Shown here: positions 34,701-47,851 of the stretch, in pieces
How positions within the stretch are numbered: position 1 is the stretch's first letter
Layout of the letters: each line of letters begins with the position of its first letter
Source: Octopus sinensis
Taxonomy: Eukaryota
Reading direction: 5' to 3'
NCBI RefSeq assembly: GCF_006345805.1
Contig: NC_043008.1
Coordinates: 10,168,001-10,232,000 of the forward strand
DNA: 64,000 nt
Position numbers and translations under genes: made by a program
Notes under the pieces: model-generated
Database searches by the model: none
Seen by the model: only the letters and a program-made list of their open reading frames with translations
Told to the model about the DNA's origin: nothing

Positions 34701-37700
34701 TGTGGTTAGGGAGCTTGCTTCCTAGCTACATGGTTTCGGGTTCAGTCCCACTGCGTGGCACTTTGGGCAAGTGTCTTCTACTATAGCCCTGAGCCGACCG
34801 AAGCTTTATGATTGAATTTGATAGGCGGAAGTTACTGCTATGTGTGTATGTGTGCGTGTAGGTGCTCTGTGCCTCACCGAGAGAGAGAGAGGGGCAAAAA
34901 AGTAAGTAAATAAATAAAATTCCATTCGAACCCACCTTAGAATCAGCTTTGGTAGAAGTGAGCAATGTAGCGAGGGCTTGACTTTTATTGACAATTTTTT
35001 CATCCAATTTCTCAAGTTTCTTCTGGATGGAATATGACTGATCAGCGAAAAGGACATCTTTGCCCACTTCAAAGGAACTAAAACTCTCTTTACCATCAAT
35101 ACAATCGTCTACAAATGAGAAAGAGAGAGAGAGAGAGAAGAGTGGGAATCAATAAACACATACAGTATGCTCCAGTGTTCCAGAATTACTGGATTTAATT
35201 TGCATGCAAACACATTGGTTACTCATTTCTCTGGAATTGGTCAAGTAATGTAGATATCTCTGCAAAGACTCCAATAAGGATTGGATATAGATTCAAGGCT
35301 GTTCATTTAATCTGCAGAGAAATAGGTAAATTGGACATGTTGGTATGTCTGGCCTCATAAAACCCTCACCAGCAACGATGACTACCCAAACAGACCCATG
35401 GGTTGGGGGTTGTTGCCTGAGCGGTGCAAAGATGTCATCGGAACAGGTGTAGGGAATCCAGCCAACGGTGGGTGCAGCGATGCACTGTTACAGAGCATGC
35501 CCCCTGCACCACTACTAGGGTTTACAAACACAAGCACACACACACATGCACCAGGCTCCAGTCTGATCTGGCAAGGTTTCTACAGCTTGATGCCCTTCCT
35601 AATGCCAACCACTCCGAGAAAGAAGTGGGTGCTTTTTACATGCCACCAGCAGGGTGGGCCTGGCATCGATCACATTCAGATTGTGCTTTTTACGTGCCAC
35701 TGGCACAAGGAGCCAGTCAGGGGGCACTGGCATCGGCCACGTTCAGATGGTGCATATATATATCAGTGATGCTTGATAAATTAAGAAAGTTAAACAATAG
35801 TGAGCGGCCAAATGGTTAGTGTGTTACATTCATAACCATCAGATTGGTGGTTCAATTCCTGGACTGAGTAGTATATGTTGTGTTCTTGAGCAAAACACTT
35901 CATTCCATGTTGCTCCAGTGCTGTTTGGTTATCCTGATTTTGTTGCTAAGAAACTCCATTAAGAGGCTGCTCAGCAACAATATTACTAGTGGCAACGATA
36001 ATAACAAGAGCCAACAAGATGCTATTACATGGTCTATTAGTTTACTAGAAATACCAACCAAAATTTCCTTCAAGTCACATTCTACTGTCTGGAGGAAAGA
36101 GGAACACATTAGATAAAGTGATCTTGGGTGCATAGTATACAGAAATAAACAGGATGGTCACAGATGGAATTTCACAATGAGAACAGAAAGAATAGATGTC
36201 TTACCAAGAGGGGATTTTGCAGAGGGTTCACTTTCCAGGGCAGCTATGTATTCATGATAAATATCACTGACTATGAAAGATGAATAATGTTCTTTTTCTA
36301 ACAGTTGGTAAACCTGGGTCTGGCCATCGGCAAAACCATCCAGTCCCTGCAAACAGAGAGAATAGAAAAAAAACTGTAGAGCAGTGGTTGTAGCAGGTGG
36401 GGTCTGTGAACTAAATTCAAAATTTCACACACACACACACACAAGGATAAGCATATTAAAAGGGATCAGTGGGAAAGCTCATTTAAATAAAAGGGGCCCA
36501 TGGTAGTGAAAAGGTTGGGAATCACTGCTCCTAACCCTACCTCCCTAAATGGCATGTTTAGGTGAAATGATATTACTGCTATATATTCCTTATGCAATAT
36601 ATATATATATATTTACGCCACCTCGACTGGCTTCTGTGCCGGTGGCACATAAAAAGCACCATCCGAACGTGGCCCATGCCAGCGCCGCCTTGGCTGGCTT
36701 CCGGTGGTACGTTAAAAGCACCAACCGATCGTGGCCGATGCCAGACTCCCCTGGCACCTGTGCAGGTGGCACGTAAAAAGCACCCACTACACTCGCAGAA
36801 TGGTTGGCGTTAGGAAGGGCATCCAGCTGTAGAAACACTACCAGATCAGACTGGAGCCTGGTGCAGCCTCCTGGCTTCCCGGACCCCGGTTGAACCGTCC
36901 AACCCATGCCAGCATGGGAAACGGATGTTAAACGATGACGATGATGGTGTAGAATCTGCCCTTCACTAGGAGAGAGAAACCTTTTGTTGCCAGCTGAGGT
37001 AAAAGCTCCTTGAACTTTTAGCACACCAGTCTTACTTTACCAACTGAGCTTTCTGAACATCCACCTCCAAAGTTAATTAAGTGACCTGAGTAACAAAAAA
37101 AAAAAAAAAGAGGGGAGCCTTCCCACCAATGCCAGTCTGAAGCCAGATTACTTTCTCTATGGAAGTTAAGTCTTGTCTCATTTCCTGTTAACTAAAACTT
37201 TAGTCTTTGCTAGGTTTAATCTCTTACTCTTTACTCTTTTAGTTGTTTCAGTCATTTGACTGCGGCCATGCTGGAGCACCGCCTTTAGTCAAGCAACTCG
37301 ACCCCGGGACTTATTCTTTGTAAGTACTTATTCTATCGGTCTCTTTTGCCGAACCGCTAAGTGACGGGGACATAAACACACCAGCATTGGTTGTCAAGCA
37401 ATGCTAGGGGGAAAAACACAGACACACAAACACACATATATATATACACACACACACAATGGGCTTCTTTCAGTTTCCGTCTACCAAATCCACTCACAAG
37501 GCTTTGGTCGGCCCGAGGCTATAGTAGAAGACACTTGCCCAAGGTGCCACGCAGTGGGACTGAACCGGTAACCATGTGGTTGGTAAGCAAGCTACTTACC
37601 ACACAGCCACTCCTGCGCCTATCTGAGGCCTCTAAAATCTAAAGTTTGCTTCCAAGTTTGGAATTTCTTTTGTAGATCTTTGACCAAATCAGCCATGAGG

Positions 37701-40700
37701 ACCAGGTCATCAGAATATAGAAGTTTCCACAGAAAGCTGAGTTATCTTTTAATATTGGATCAAGATGGAACCGCTCATACAGCAGTCTTGTTTTAACCAA
37801 TTCTAGCACCACTACAACAAAAAAGTTATCTCAGTATGAAGAAATAAATGGAAGAACGAATAAAGTAAACAGACTTACTGTGTCTCCAAGAACAAACGAT
37901 TCCATCATCTTAATGATCTTCTTTTCCAAAATAATACTGTTGTTAGATGAAGAGAAGTATTGTTGTAAGATCTGACATGCTTTCGTCCGTTGTTCATCCT
38001 GTAAAATAAAGATTTCTTTTTTGACTGAACAAACTCAAATCATAGAAAATGAATGATTTTTTAATGAAAATCTTAGATATTTTTTTCTTACTGCAACTTA
38101 ACTTATTTATTTAACATTTTTGCTTCCACAATATTACAATTACAACTTTTACTTTTCTTGCAACTTAAGAAGATTAGGTAAATTTAAAATTTTGGCACAT
38201 GGCCAACAATTTCAGGGTAGGGGTTAAATTGATTACATAGACCCTAGTGCTCCAGCGTTCTGTATTCTGAGTTCATGTCTTACCATGGTCAGCTTTGCTT
38301 TTCAGCTTTTTGAGATTGACAAAATAAAGTTACCATTACAGATACCAAAATTTATTTTATTGACCTCAAAAGGACGAAAAGCAAAGTCAACCTAGGCAGG
38401 ATTTGAACTTAGAATGTAAATACGGATAAAATACCACTAAGCATTTTTCCCAGTGTACTAATGATTCTGCCAGTTCACCATCTTACTTATGAAGACCATA
38501 TGGCTGGACTAATTTCAAAACTGATTTACAAAGGGTTGAAAGAAGATCTCTACTGCAACTGTCTGGGTCTTCAGGTACATGATGACACTGATCCTTACTA
38601 CATTACAATCTCAAAGTCTACCTGGGTGCCTTTTTCATGGCACCAGCACTAGTGAGGGAAATAAATGGTTGCTACAGTTTGTCTTCTTATTTTGCATACA
38701 CATATACCTGTATTATTCCGTTTTTGGCGTTTTGAAGTGTTATTAGAACTTTTAAGGGGTGGCCAAATAAACATCTGCCCTGTGCGGCACTTGTGCTAGG
38801 TATGCCACTGTGTATAACTCACAAGATGAGACCCCTCGAGTGAGTAAGGATATAGTATTGAGGAAGGTGGATTTGTGCCAGGGGTTGAAAGGCTAAAGCA
38901 TGACAGAGGGACAAGAATAGGTGTCTTGCTGTAGAGGAGATACATAGCTACCCCAGCTGGAAAGGGAGACAGGATGGTGGTGATGAGGTGTTACAACATA
39001 CCTTCAAGGTGTAAGAACGTGGATAGAGAGAGAATAGGGATATATTTCTTTATTGCCCACAAGGGGCTAAACATAGAGGGGACAGACAAAGGGATTAAGT
39101 CGATTATATTGACCCCAGTGCGTAACTGGTACTTAATTTATTGACCCCGAAAGGACGAAAGGCAAAGTTGACCTCGGCAGAATTTGAACTCATAGGGATA
39201 GAGAATCGAGGATGACTGGATGGATGTGAAAGGAGAGTAAGAGGCAGTTAGAGATGGGGGTAGAGGTGAATGCAACTTAATTTTGGTATCTGTAAAGGTA
39301 ACTTTATTTTATCAGTCTCAAAAAGCTGAAAAGCAAAGCTGACCATGGTAAGACATGAACTCAGAATACAGAAGGCTGGAACAAATATAACAAATTCTAA
39401 TCATCACTCTAATAATTCTATCAGTCTACCACCTTAAACTTGGCATATTAAACACACACACAATGTGCATGTACACAAATGCACACACATGCACATACAC
39501 GTACATGCATGTACACACACATACACACACAAATCTCATTCTTATAAATTTTCCAGAGCAACAAGAACCTTATTAGAAGTTTCCTACAATCTGGCACTCA
39601 ACCACAAAGAAAACTAAAATTTTTAAACAATATTTCATAAAATTGCATGACATTTGACCATAATATTATTTCTACCTACCTTGGCAATTTGCTTTAACTC
39701 TTCAACATCATTCCAGAACCTACAAAATTAAAACAATATTGCATATTAATACAATATTATTTTGTGGGTTAGAGTAAAGAAAAACGCAGACACAACATCA
39801 GCATCATCATTTTAATATCCACTTTTCCAAGCTAGCAGGGGTTGGATGGAGTTTATTGAAGCATATTTTCTATTGTTGTTTGTTCCTTCTCGAGCCATGC
39901 CTGGCTCATAAGGGCTGGTTTCCCGGTTTCTTGGCGTATAGGTTCCCCACCTGGATGGGACTCCGGTCTGTTGCAGGTGAGCTGCAAGATGCAGGAGGAA
40001 AGAGTGAGAGAAAGTTGTGGCGAAAGAGTCAGCAGAAGTCCGCCATCACCTTCTGCCGGAGCTGCGTGGAGCTTAGGTGTTTTCGCTCATAAACACACAC
40101 ATCGCCTGGTCTGAGATTCAAACCTGTGATCCCTCGACTTCGAGTCCGCTGCTCTAACCACTAGGCCATGTGCCTCCACATATTTTCTATGACTGGATGT
40201 CCTTCCTGCCACTGACCTTCATTTGTTTCCATGCAAAGTAATATTTCCCCATGGCTGGACATGTTCTTGCAGAATACAGGAAGTGAATGACAGACATTCA
40301 TTTATAACCATCATACAATGTCAAGATAAGGAGACAAACAGCACGGTGGGACTGAACCCAAAACCATGTGCTTGGGAAGCAAATGTCTTGACCACACAAC
40401 CAAGCCTATGTAATGTAATTTTAATGGCTATTTTGCTATGCCTGAGTGGGAAAGTAGGTTGACGGAAGGCAGCCTTCTCCAACAGCATAGCACCAGTAAA
40501 CCTGGTCCTTTGTCATCTCCTTCATAAGGTGTAACAGCTTCAGATCTGTCTTCACCATTTTGCTGCAAGTCTTCCTCAGTCTTTCTCTTCCATAGATTCC
40601 ATTTACTTTGAACCCACACCATATTTTTATACAGCAGTCCTCCATCTCCACACATCTCCTCACATGCCCTCCTCTCTTACATCTGGTTCCTTCTCATTTA

Positions 40701-43385
40701 CATCTGGTTCCTCCTCTCTTACATCTGGTTCCTTCTCTCTTACATCTGGTTCCTCCTCTCTTACATCTGGTTCCTCCTCTCTTACGTCTGGTTCCTCCTC
40801 TCTTACATCTGGTTCCTCCTCTTTTACATCTGGTTCCTCCTCTCTTACATCTGGTTCCTCCTCTCTTACATCTGGTTCCTCCTCTCTTACGTCTGGTTCC
40901 TCCTCTCTTACATCTGGTTCCTCCTCTCTTACATCTGGTTCCTCCTCTCTTACATCTGGTTCCTCCTCTCTTACATCTGGTTCCTCCTCTCTTACGTCTG
41001 GTTCCTCCTTATGTTTAGTTTGTCTCTCAGTTCATTTGTGCTTCATCATTCTCACACACCAGCATTAAACATCTTCTAGTGGATCATGCTCTCTTCATTT
41101 CTTTCTACCTTTCACAGATCCTCTGTGTTCAAGGACCATGTCCTTCTACCATGCAGTAGTGCATTCTGCACACAAGCATCATACAATCTATTCTTTACTC
41201 CGAGAGAAAAGCCCTTTCTTACTGGCAGAGTTAACAGCTCCTTGAACTTTCCCCCAACCAGTTCTTATTCTGATTACTATATTCTCAGAACATTTGCCTC
41301 CACAACTAATTAGGCCTCCCAAGTAACAGAAACTATCAACTACTTCTAGAGAACCATCTGGACATTGGATAATATGTGAAGTATATCTTCTCTGCTAACC
41401 TACTTGTTGTCCCATTTCATCTATATCTACACTTTACACTGGGTACACCTTACAGAATGCCTTACCTACACTTACACTAATATCAAGTAAGAATAATTTT
41501 TTTGATAGAAACAGGGTCCCCTTTTCTAAGTACTTATTTCTTTTATACATATGTACGTGTGTGTGTGTGTGTACACACTGAGCTACAAGCAGTGACATTT
41601 TTGTCATTTTTCCTATCAAAAAAACATAATCCGCTTATTTGCACCTTCAAAGTGTATAATAAAACATCCCTTGAAAAACAGCTAAGGATTAGTGACAGAA
41701 AGGGCATCCGGTTGTAAAACAATGCCTTAACCCTTTAGTATTTAAACCGGCCATATCCGGCCAAAATAGTTAATCTGTTTTATGTTCAAATTGACCAGAT
41801 CCAGGCTCTCACACCTACCCTACAATGCTATTATACATTAAGTAATTGCACCATCAAGATCTTGAAGATATGAGATAATGCATGATTAATTCAAATCAAT
41901 GTGAATCAATAAGCATTACACTTGATAGAATAATCTGAACACCAAAGGGTTAAAATCATATCCATCTAACCCATGCTAGCAAGGGAAAACAGACATAAAA
42001 GCAAGAGAATATCTTTGAACATGAGAGACAACAATAAGCACTCCATTAGTTCCTTCTCTCTTCTCCCAGCAGCTTATACCTGTGTAAAGGGAACTGGTTG
42101 CTTCTTTACACTTTTGGGGTGCAACTTGGGTGCAACACAATTTCCTTTCTTCTGGTTTCTAGAAACTACCAGTCGGTAACAAAATGCAACTTTAAAAATA
42201 TATACGATTCTTTATTCTCTTATTCACAAATGAAGCACGATGGTATACTGGTATCCACCTAGTTCAACACAGCAAGGCTGAATTCTAACGTTTGTAAGAT
42301 TCTTACAACAATTCAGCAGCAACAGAGCAGGTCAAATCCTAAGCGTCTGGGACAGGAGAATAGGCTGATCTCACGTTTAAAAATACGTCCTTTCTCTTCT
42401 GTAGCCGTGTCTCAAGTCAACGACGCTATTAAGGAACGTGATAGAATTTCTTCCCCAGTCTCTAGCACATGTGCATGAGGGAACTTCCTTATGCCTTTCC
42501 AGAAGGTTCCAACCCCGCACATGCACACTGAAGAAGGACGTTCTGCACACGCACACTGAAGAATGACATTGCGTGTGCGCACACTGGATTATGATGTCAC
42601 TACACCTGCAAAGTGGATGCAATAATATATTTTTTTTAAATAGACAGTTAAAATGATTGATACTTACTCTAGAAGTGCATGGGTATTGTTTCGACGAAGG
42701 AACTTGAGAAAGAAAAGTCTTAGTTCTGGTGTGTCCATCACGGTTTTCACCGAAATAATCTGTAGAAAGGAAGAAATAGACAAAAAGAATGGAAAAAACA
42801 TTTCTGATTGTTAACATTTTTCTGGGTTCCTTAACATCCAATATATAAATTCCATGTGTACAGTTACATGTATAACTATTACTACATGAGTTAGAGCTCC
42901 ATGTAGATTATCCTTATCCAGTCAGCTTCCATCATAATGGTCAGCTAACCACGGCACTTAGTAGTGTTATGGACTTCAGATATTAGATCTCTATAAGAGA
43001 ATGCAATAAAGTGTTTCCCTGATGACCCATTGTGGTTAGGCATCCAAATGCATTCGGAACATCTACTGCAATGGTGAACCTTATGTAGAAACTATCAATT
43101 TATATTATTTACATTATTTACATTTGACGGATATTTGTCATCTTGTTTGTTGTTAACACAATGTTTCGGCTGATATACCCTCCAGCCTTCATCAGGTGTC
43201 TTGGGGAAATTTCAAACCTGGTTCCTCATTCTTAAGGTATTTTTCAATGTTGTTGTTGTTATTATTATTATTATCATTATTATTATTATATTATTATTAT
43301 TATTTTATTCATATTAATTTATACTTGTGTTTATCTTAACTTTCTAATACACACACACATGCACACATACATGCATATGTGCATG

Positions 43386-43417
<32 letters not shown>

Positions 43418-46400
43418 TATACATGCTGGTGCCATGTAAAAAGCACCCAGTACACTCTGTAAAGTTGTTGGCATTTGGAAGGGCATTCAGCCAAAACAGA
43501 CAACTGAAGCCTCCTGCAGCTCCCTGGATTGCCAGCTCCTACCAAACTGTCTGACTCATGTTAACACAGAAAATGAACATTAATTATTGATGATGATGAT
43601 GATGATGATGTGAACCATTACAAGACTTACTTTCTGACCAGGAAGAGTTAATTCTTCATTGACACTTCCTTCACCATAACATTTATAGTCAGGGCCACCA
43701 ATGGCATGAATCCTCTTCTCACAAGTCGTCTTAGCAACAGTTAACTGAAAAGAAAAATAGGGGATATAGAACTAAAACGTTTTTAGTGTGTGCTTATATA
43801 ATTTTTAAGGCAACATGTTGAAGAAGGTGGTAACTTCTGATATAGAACAAAAAGGGTATCTTCACTACCCTTGTAAACAACCACCATCTACCAGTGCAAA
43901 GATAAAAACATACCCAATTTACATTGTAAAATAGGTGATGAGAGGAAGGGCATCCAGCCATAAAATCCATGCCAAAAATACCAACACACAGGCATAGATG
44001 TGGTTGCTTGGATAAAAAGTTTGCATCCCAACCCACATGGTTTCAGTTCAATCTCACTTCAAGGAACCTGACCATAGAAAATCCACCTCAATAAAGTCTA
44101 TCTGACCCAAGCTTGCATGGAAAAGTGAACGCTACAATGATGATGAGGACAACATAGTTGGCTGGTTTTTCTTTGTTGCTGTGTATAGGAGATGGAGAAG
44201 GCCAACTGTAGGTGAGGAAATGTCATGAGACCAGTCCAACTCATGCTAGCATTGAAAGATGGATATAAAATAATGCCAAGTTGACCGATGTAGGGTTTGA
44301 ACCCAAAAGGTAAAGGGACATAACCAAATATTCCTCCAAAGTATTTTGTCCAACACTCTACTGATTCTGCCATGATTAAAGTACTAAGTCAAATTCCTTA
44401 CTTGGTTGATGTATATCTTCAAATTCCTGGCTTTCAAAAGATCTCCTTTTGCCATACTCTTTGGTACATGAGCTTTAGCTGAAGAAAAGAAAAAACAAAA
44501 ATAAGTATAACGAGTCTACTTGTCCAAGTTTTACTGTGTCATGGGTGCCAAGATTAATTTTCTAGAGTTTCAAGAATTTTGTGAATGTTTAATCTCCAGA
44601 AGTTATAGTGAATATATATTTTTAGATAACATTTTAATTCTAGAGATTAATTTTTGCTTAAAAATATATTTCTGGTTTACAACTAGTAAGTAGTGCAACT
44701 ATTCTATCAACTCAGTGAATTGTGATCCCCAACAGAGTTTAAAAAGATGAAAAAAAAAAAGTAATTAAGGTATTTACCTGTGCTGATTCCTTGTGATTTC
44801 TTCCAGTTGTTAATAGTTGTAGCTTGCAGAATTTCACTTATGATATTATATCTACAAAAATCAATAAATCAGTATTATATATTTTGTTTATCTCATGTAA
44901 GTCTTTGTAGAAATAAAGTGGTACAGTAGAAGAGGTATTTGATGTCCTTCTCCCAACTCCATTTCCCAACTGGCGGAAACACGTGGGCGGGCAGCTGAAG
45001 ACCTGGATTACGACAATCAAGGAGGACCTCTCCATGCTCACGGGACCGCAGGTGGTCGGCCTGCGCCGATGGAACCGTGACTGGCTTGCTATCTCCAGTG
45101 AACTGGCACAGGACCGTCGTAAGTGGGCTGCCATGGTTCAAGATGCCTCCAGGGTGGTAGAAGAAGCCGACTCAACCTGCCCAGGGTGAATGTCGCCACA
45201 AGTACAAAAAGTACTATGCAACATACTACTCTATGTAACTGTCTGACTTTATGCTAACAAATAAAAAAATACACTGAAGCTAAAACTTTGATAATGGTGA
45301 TGATTATGATGATGATGATGATGATCATCATCATCATCGTTTAGTGTCCGTTTTCTATGCTAGCATGGGTTGGACGGTTCGACCGGGGTCTAGGAAGTCA
45401 GGAGGCTGCACCAGGCTCCAGTCTGATCCGGCAATGTTTCTACAGCAGGGTGCCCTTCCTAACGCCAACCACTCCATGAGTATAGTGGGTGCTTTTTACA
45501 TGCCACCGGCACAGGTGCCAGGGGAGCACAATCAGTTGGTGCTTTTTAGGTGCCACTGGCACAGAAGCCAATCAAGGCGGCACTGGCATCGGCCACGTTC
45601 GGATGGTGCTTTTTATGTGCTGCCGGCACAGGTATCACAACTACAATTTCCATTTGATATTTATTTTGATGTTGATGTTGAGTGAGTCTTTACCAACCAG
45701 ATTTTATGAATGTATTCAAGGCTGTCTGTGAATGTAGAACCCACCATTCAGAATAATATAGAGTTTGGAATATTTATTTCTGTTCTTGCAGCACCACAAA
45801 AACATATTGTTTTGGTTGGCATTGCCAACCGAAATATCTCTATTACAGATCTGCATAACAAACTTTGTTGTTGCTTTTTTTTTTTTAACAAAGTCAGGTT
45901 TTAATTCAGTCCTGCAATCTGCCAACACCAAATATGTAGTAACTGTAATTGTATAAAGAAGTTGTCATACCTCAATCACAGTCCAGATATGTCAGCAGTA
46001 CTCAAAGAAGTGTTGAATTTGAGCAGTGTACAGGCTCAACAATAGGTTAGAGTTGAAATATTTTGTTGCCCTGAAGAAGGCTATTGCATACCATCATTAA
46101 TTATACCTCCCTTGTAGAGCTACTGACATCATCATCGTTTAACGTCCGCTTTCCATGCTAGCATGAGTTGGACAATTTCGACTGAGGGCTGGCAAACCAG
46201 ATGGCTGCACCAGGCTCCAATCTTGATCTGGCAGAGTTTCTACAGCTGGATGCCCTTCATAACGCCAACCACTCTGAGAGTGTAGTGGGTGCTTTTTACG
46301 TGCCAACGGCATGGGGGCCAGTCAGGCGGTACTGGCAATGACCTCGCTCGAATCTTTTTTCACGTGATACCAGCACAGGTGCCAGTGAAGCGACATTGGT

Positions 46401-47820
46401 AACAATCACACTCGAATGGTGCCCTTTTACGTGCCACGGGTACGGAAATATATATATGCTGAGCAAGCAAGAGCAAGCAAGAGCAGCACAAAAAAAAACA
46501 AAAAAACACAGGTGGATGAGAAAACAAGAGAAAAACTAATTGTTTTTCTTACCGAAGTTGTTTGAGGCATTCAATGTCTTCACAGTTTTGAATCATTTTG
46601 ACAAACTCTTCATATGTGGCAGCGTAAGAATAGGTCTTCCTGGTGTCTTCGGACAACTTGGCACGGTAACTTAAATAGGAGCGCAGTTGTTCATTGATAA
46701 ATTCCGGATCGCATAACAGGTCAATGGCGGGCTTCAGAACTAGAAGATGAGGAAGCAAAAATAAATTTATGCAACAACAACAACAGCAGCTGCTGCCACG
46801 ACGACAACGACAATGTCCTTCATTAAACAGACTCCAAAAATGAAATTGACAGTATACAACCATTCTATCGCCCCACCACCGTACATATCTCTATGAGATA
46901 TTTAGAAATTTAATATTTCTGATTTTGGTGATCAGTGAATAAACTTCACTGAAAATTAGATATATATATTTACGAAGTCGAGACAGATATCTGCAGCTAG
47001 CAGGCTTCTGCTACTCTAGACCGATGATGGGCAAAGACCCTGAAACATGCGTGTCTCTAGATGCAGGCCTGGCTGTTGGGGGTATTTGTCTCCCCTTCGT
47101 AAATACATAAGGACACAGTTAGTGTGTCGAAGCCGACAGGAAGCGTCGATGCTTCCTAGGGCTAAACAGCGGTGATGTAATCCCCTACTGTCAAGTTAAA
47201 TTGACAGTATACAACCATTCTACTTTAGATTGTTATCTGAATAAGTCCAACTATTTCTACCTCACACATAAACATATATAAAGACACAGTTATGGCGTAG
47301 ATAAGCTGTTTATTAAAAAGAAATTTGCATCCAAAATGCTTTTAAATCCTGACAAAAAGAACAATAAAATCCCCTAATGCCTGCTTCCAGTCCTCAATAA
47401 ATACAAAGTCACATGATTAAATATAATAAAAAGAAAATTAATTAAAACATTTATTTTTCTAAACTGGAATGAAATGGAAAAAGTTCATCAGTAAATTATT
47501 TTGTTCGTTTTTAAATCTAAGCAGGGGGCTTCTTGTAATATTGATAAGTGAAAAAAATCACAGAGAAGCAGTGTCTATATAGTCATTCAATCTGCAAGAA
47601 ATAGCAGTGAAATTTCTCACAAATTAGATCTTGATGTCTTAAAATGGGAATGGAGCATTCATTAGCCACCACACACATTTTTTTCTCTCCTTGTTTTTTC
47701 TGTGTACCTTTCTGTAGAAGAGCGTAGGCTTGAAACGTAAAAGACTTTTTCTATTCCTGAGCGCTATACTAATACATCTGTTTGTTTTGTACACCACCTG
47801 TCTTCGTCTTTTGTTCCCTT

Positions 47821-47851
<31 letters not shown>

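Noticed and set aside
40608-41068. 136-aa and 134-aa repeat-protein ORFs
   Set aside because: They result from a 21-bp minisatellite being open in several frames, and they lie antisense in an SNX25 intron.
42377-42841. 154-aa ORF
   Set aside because: It overlaps real SNX25 exon 9 in a different frame, and the rest has no recognisable homology.
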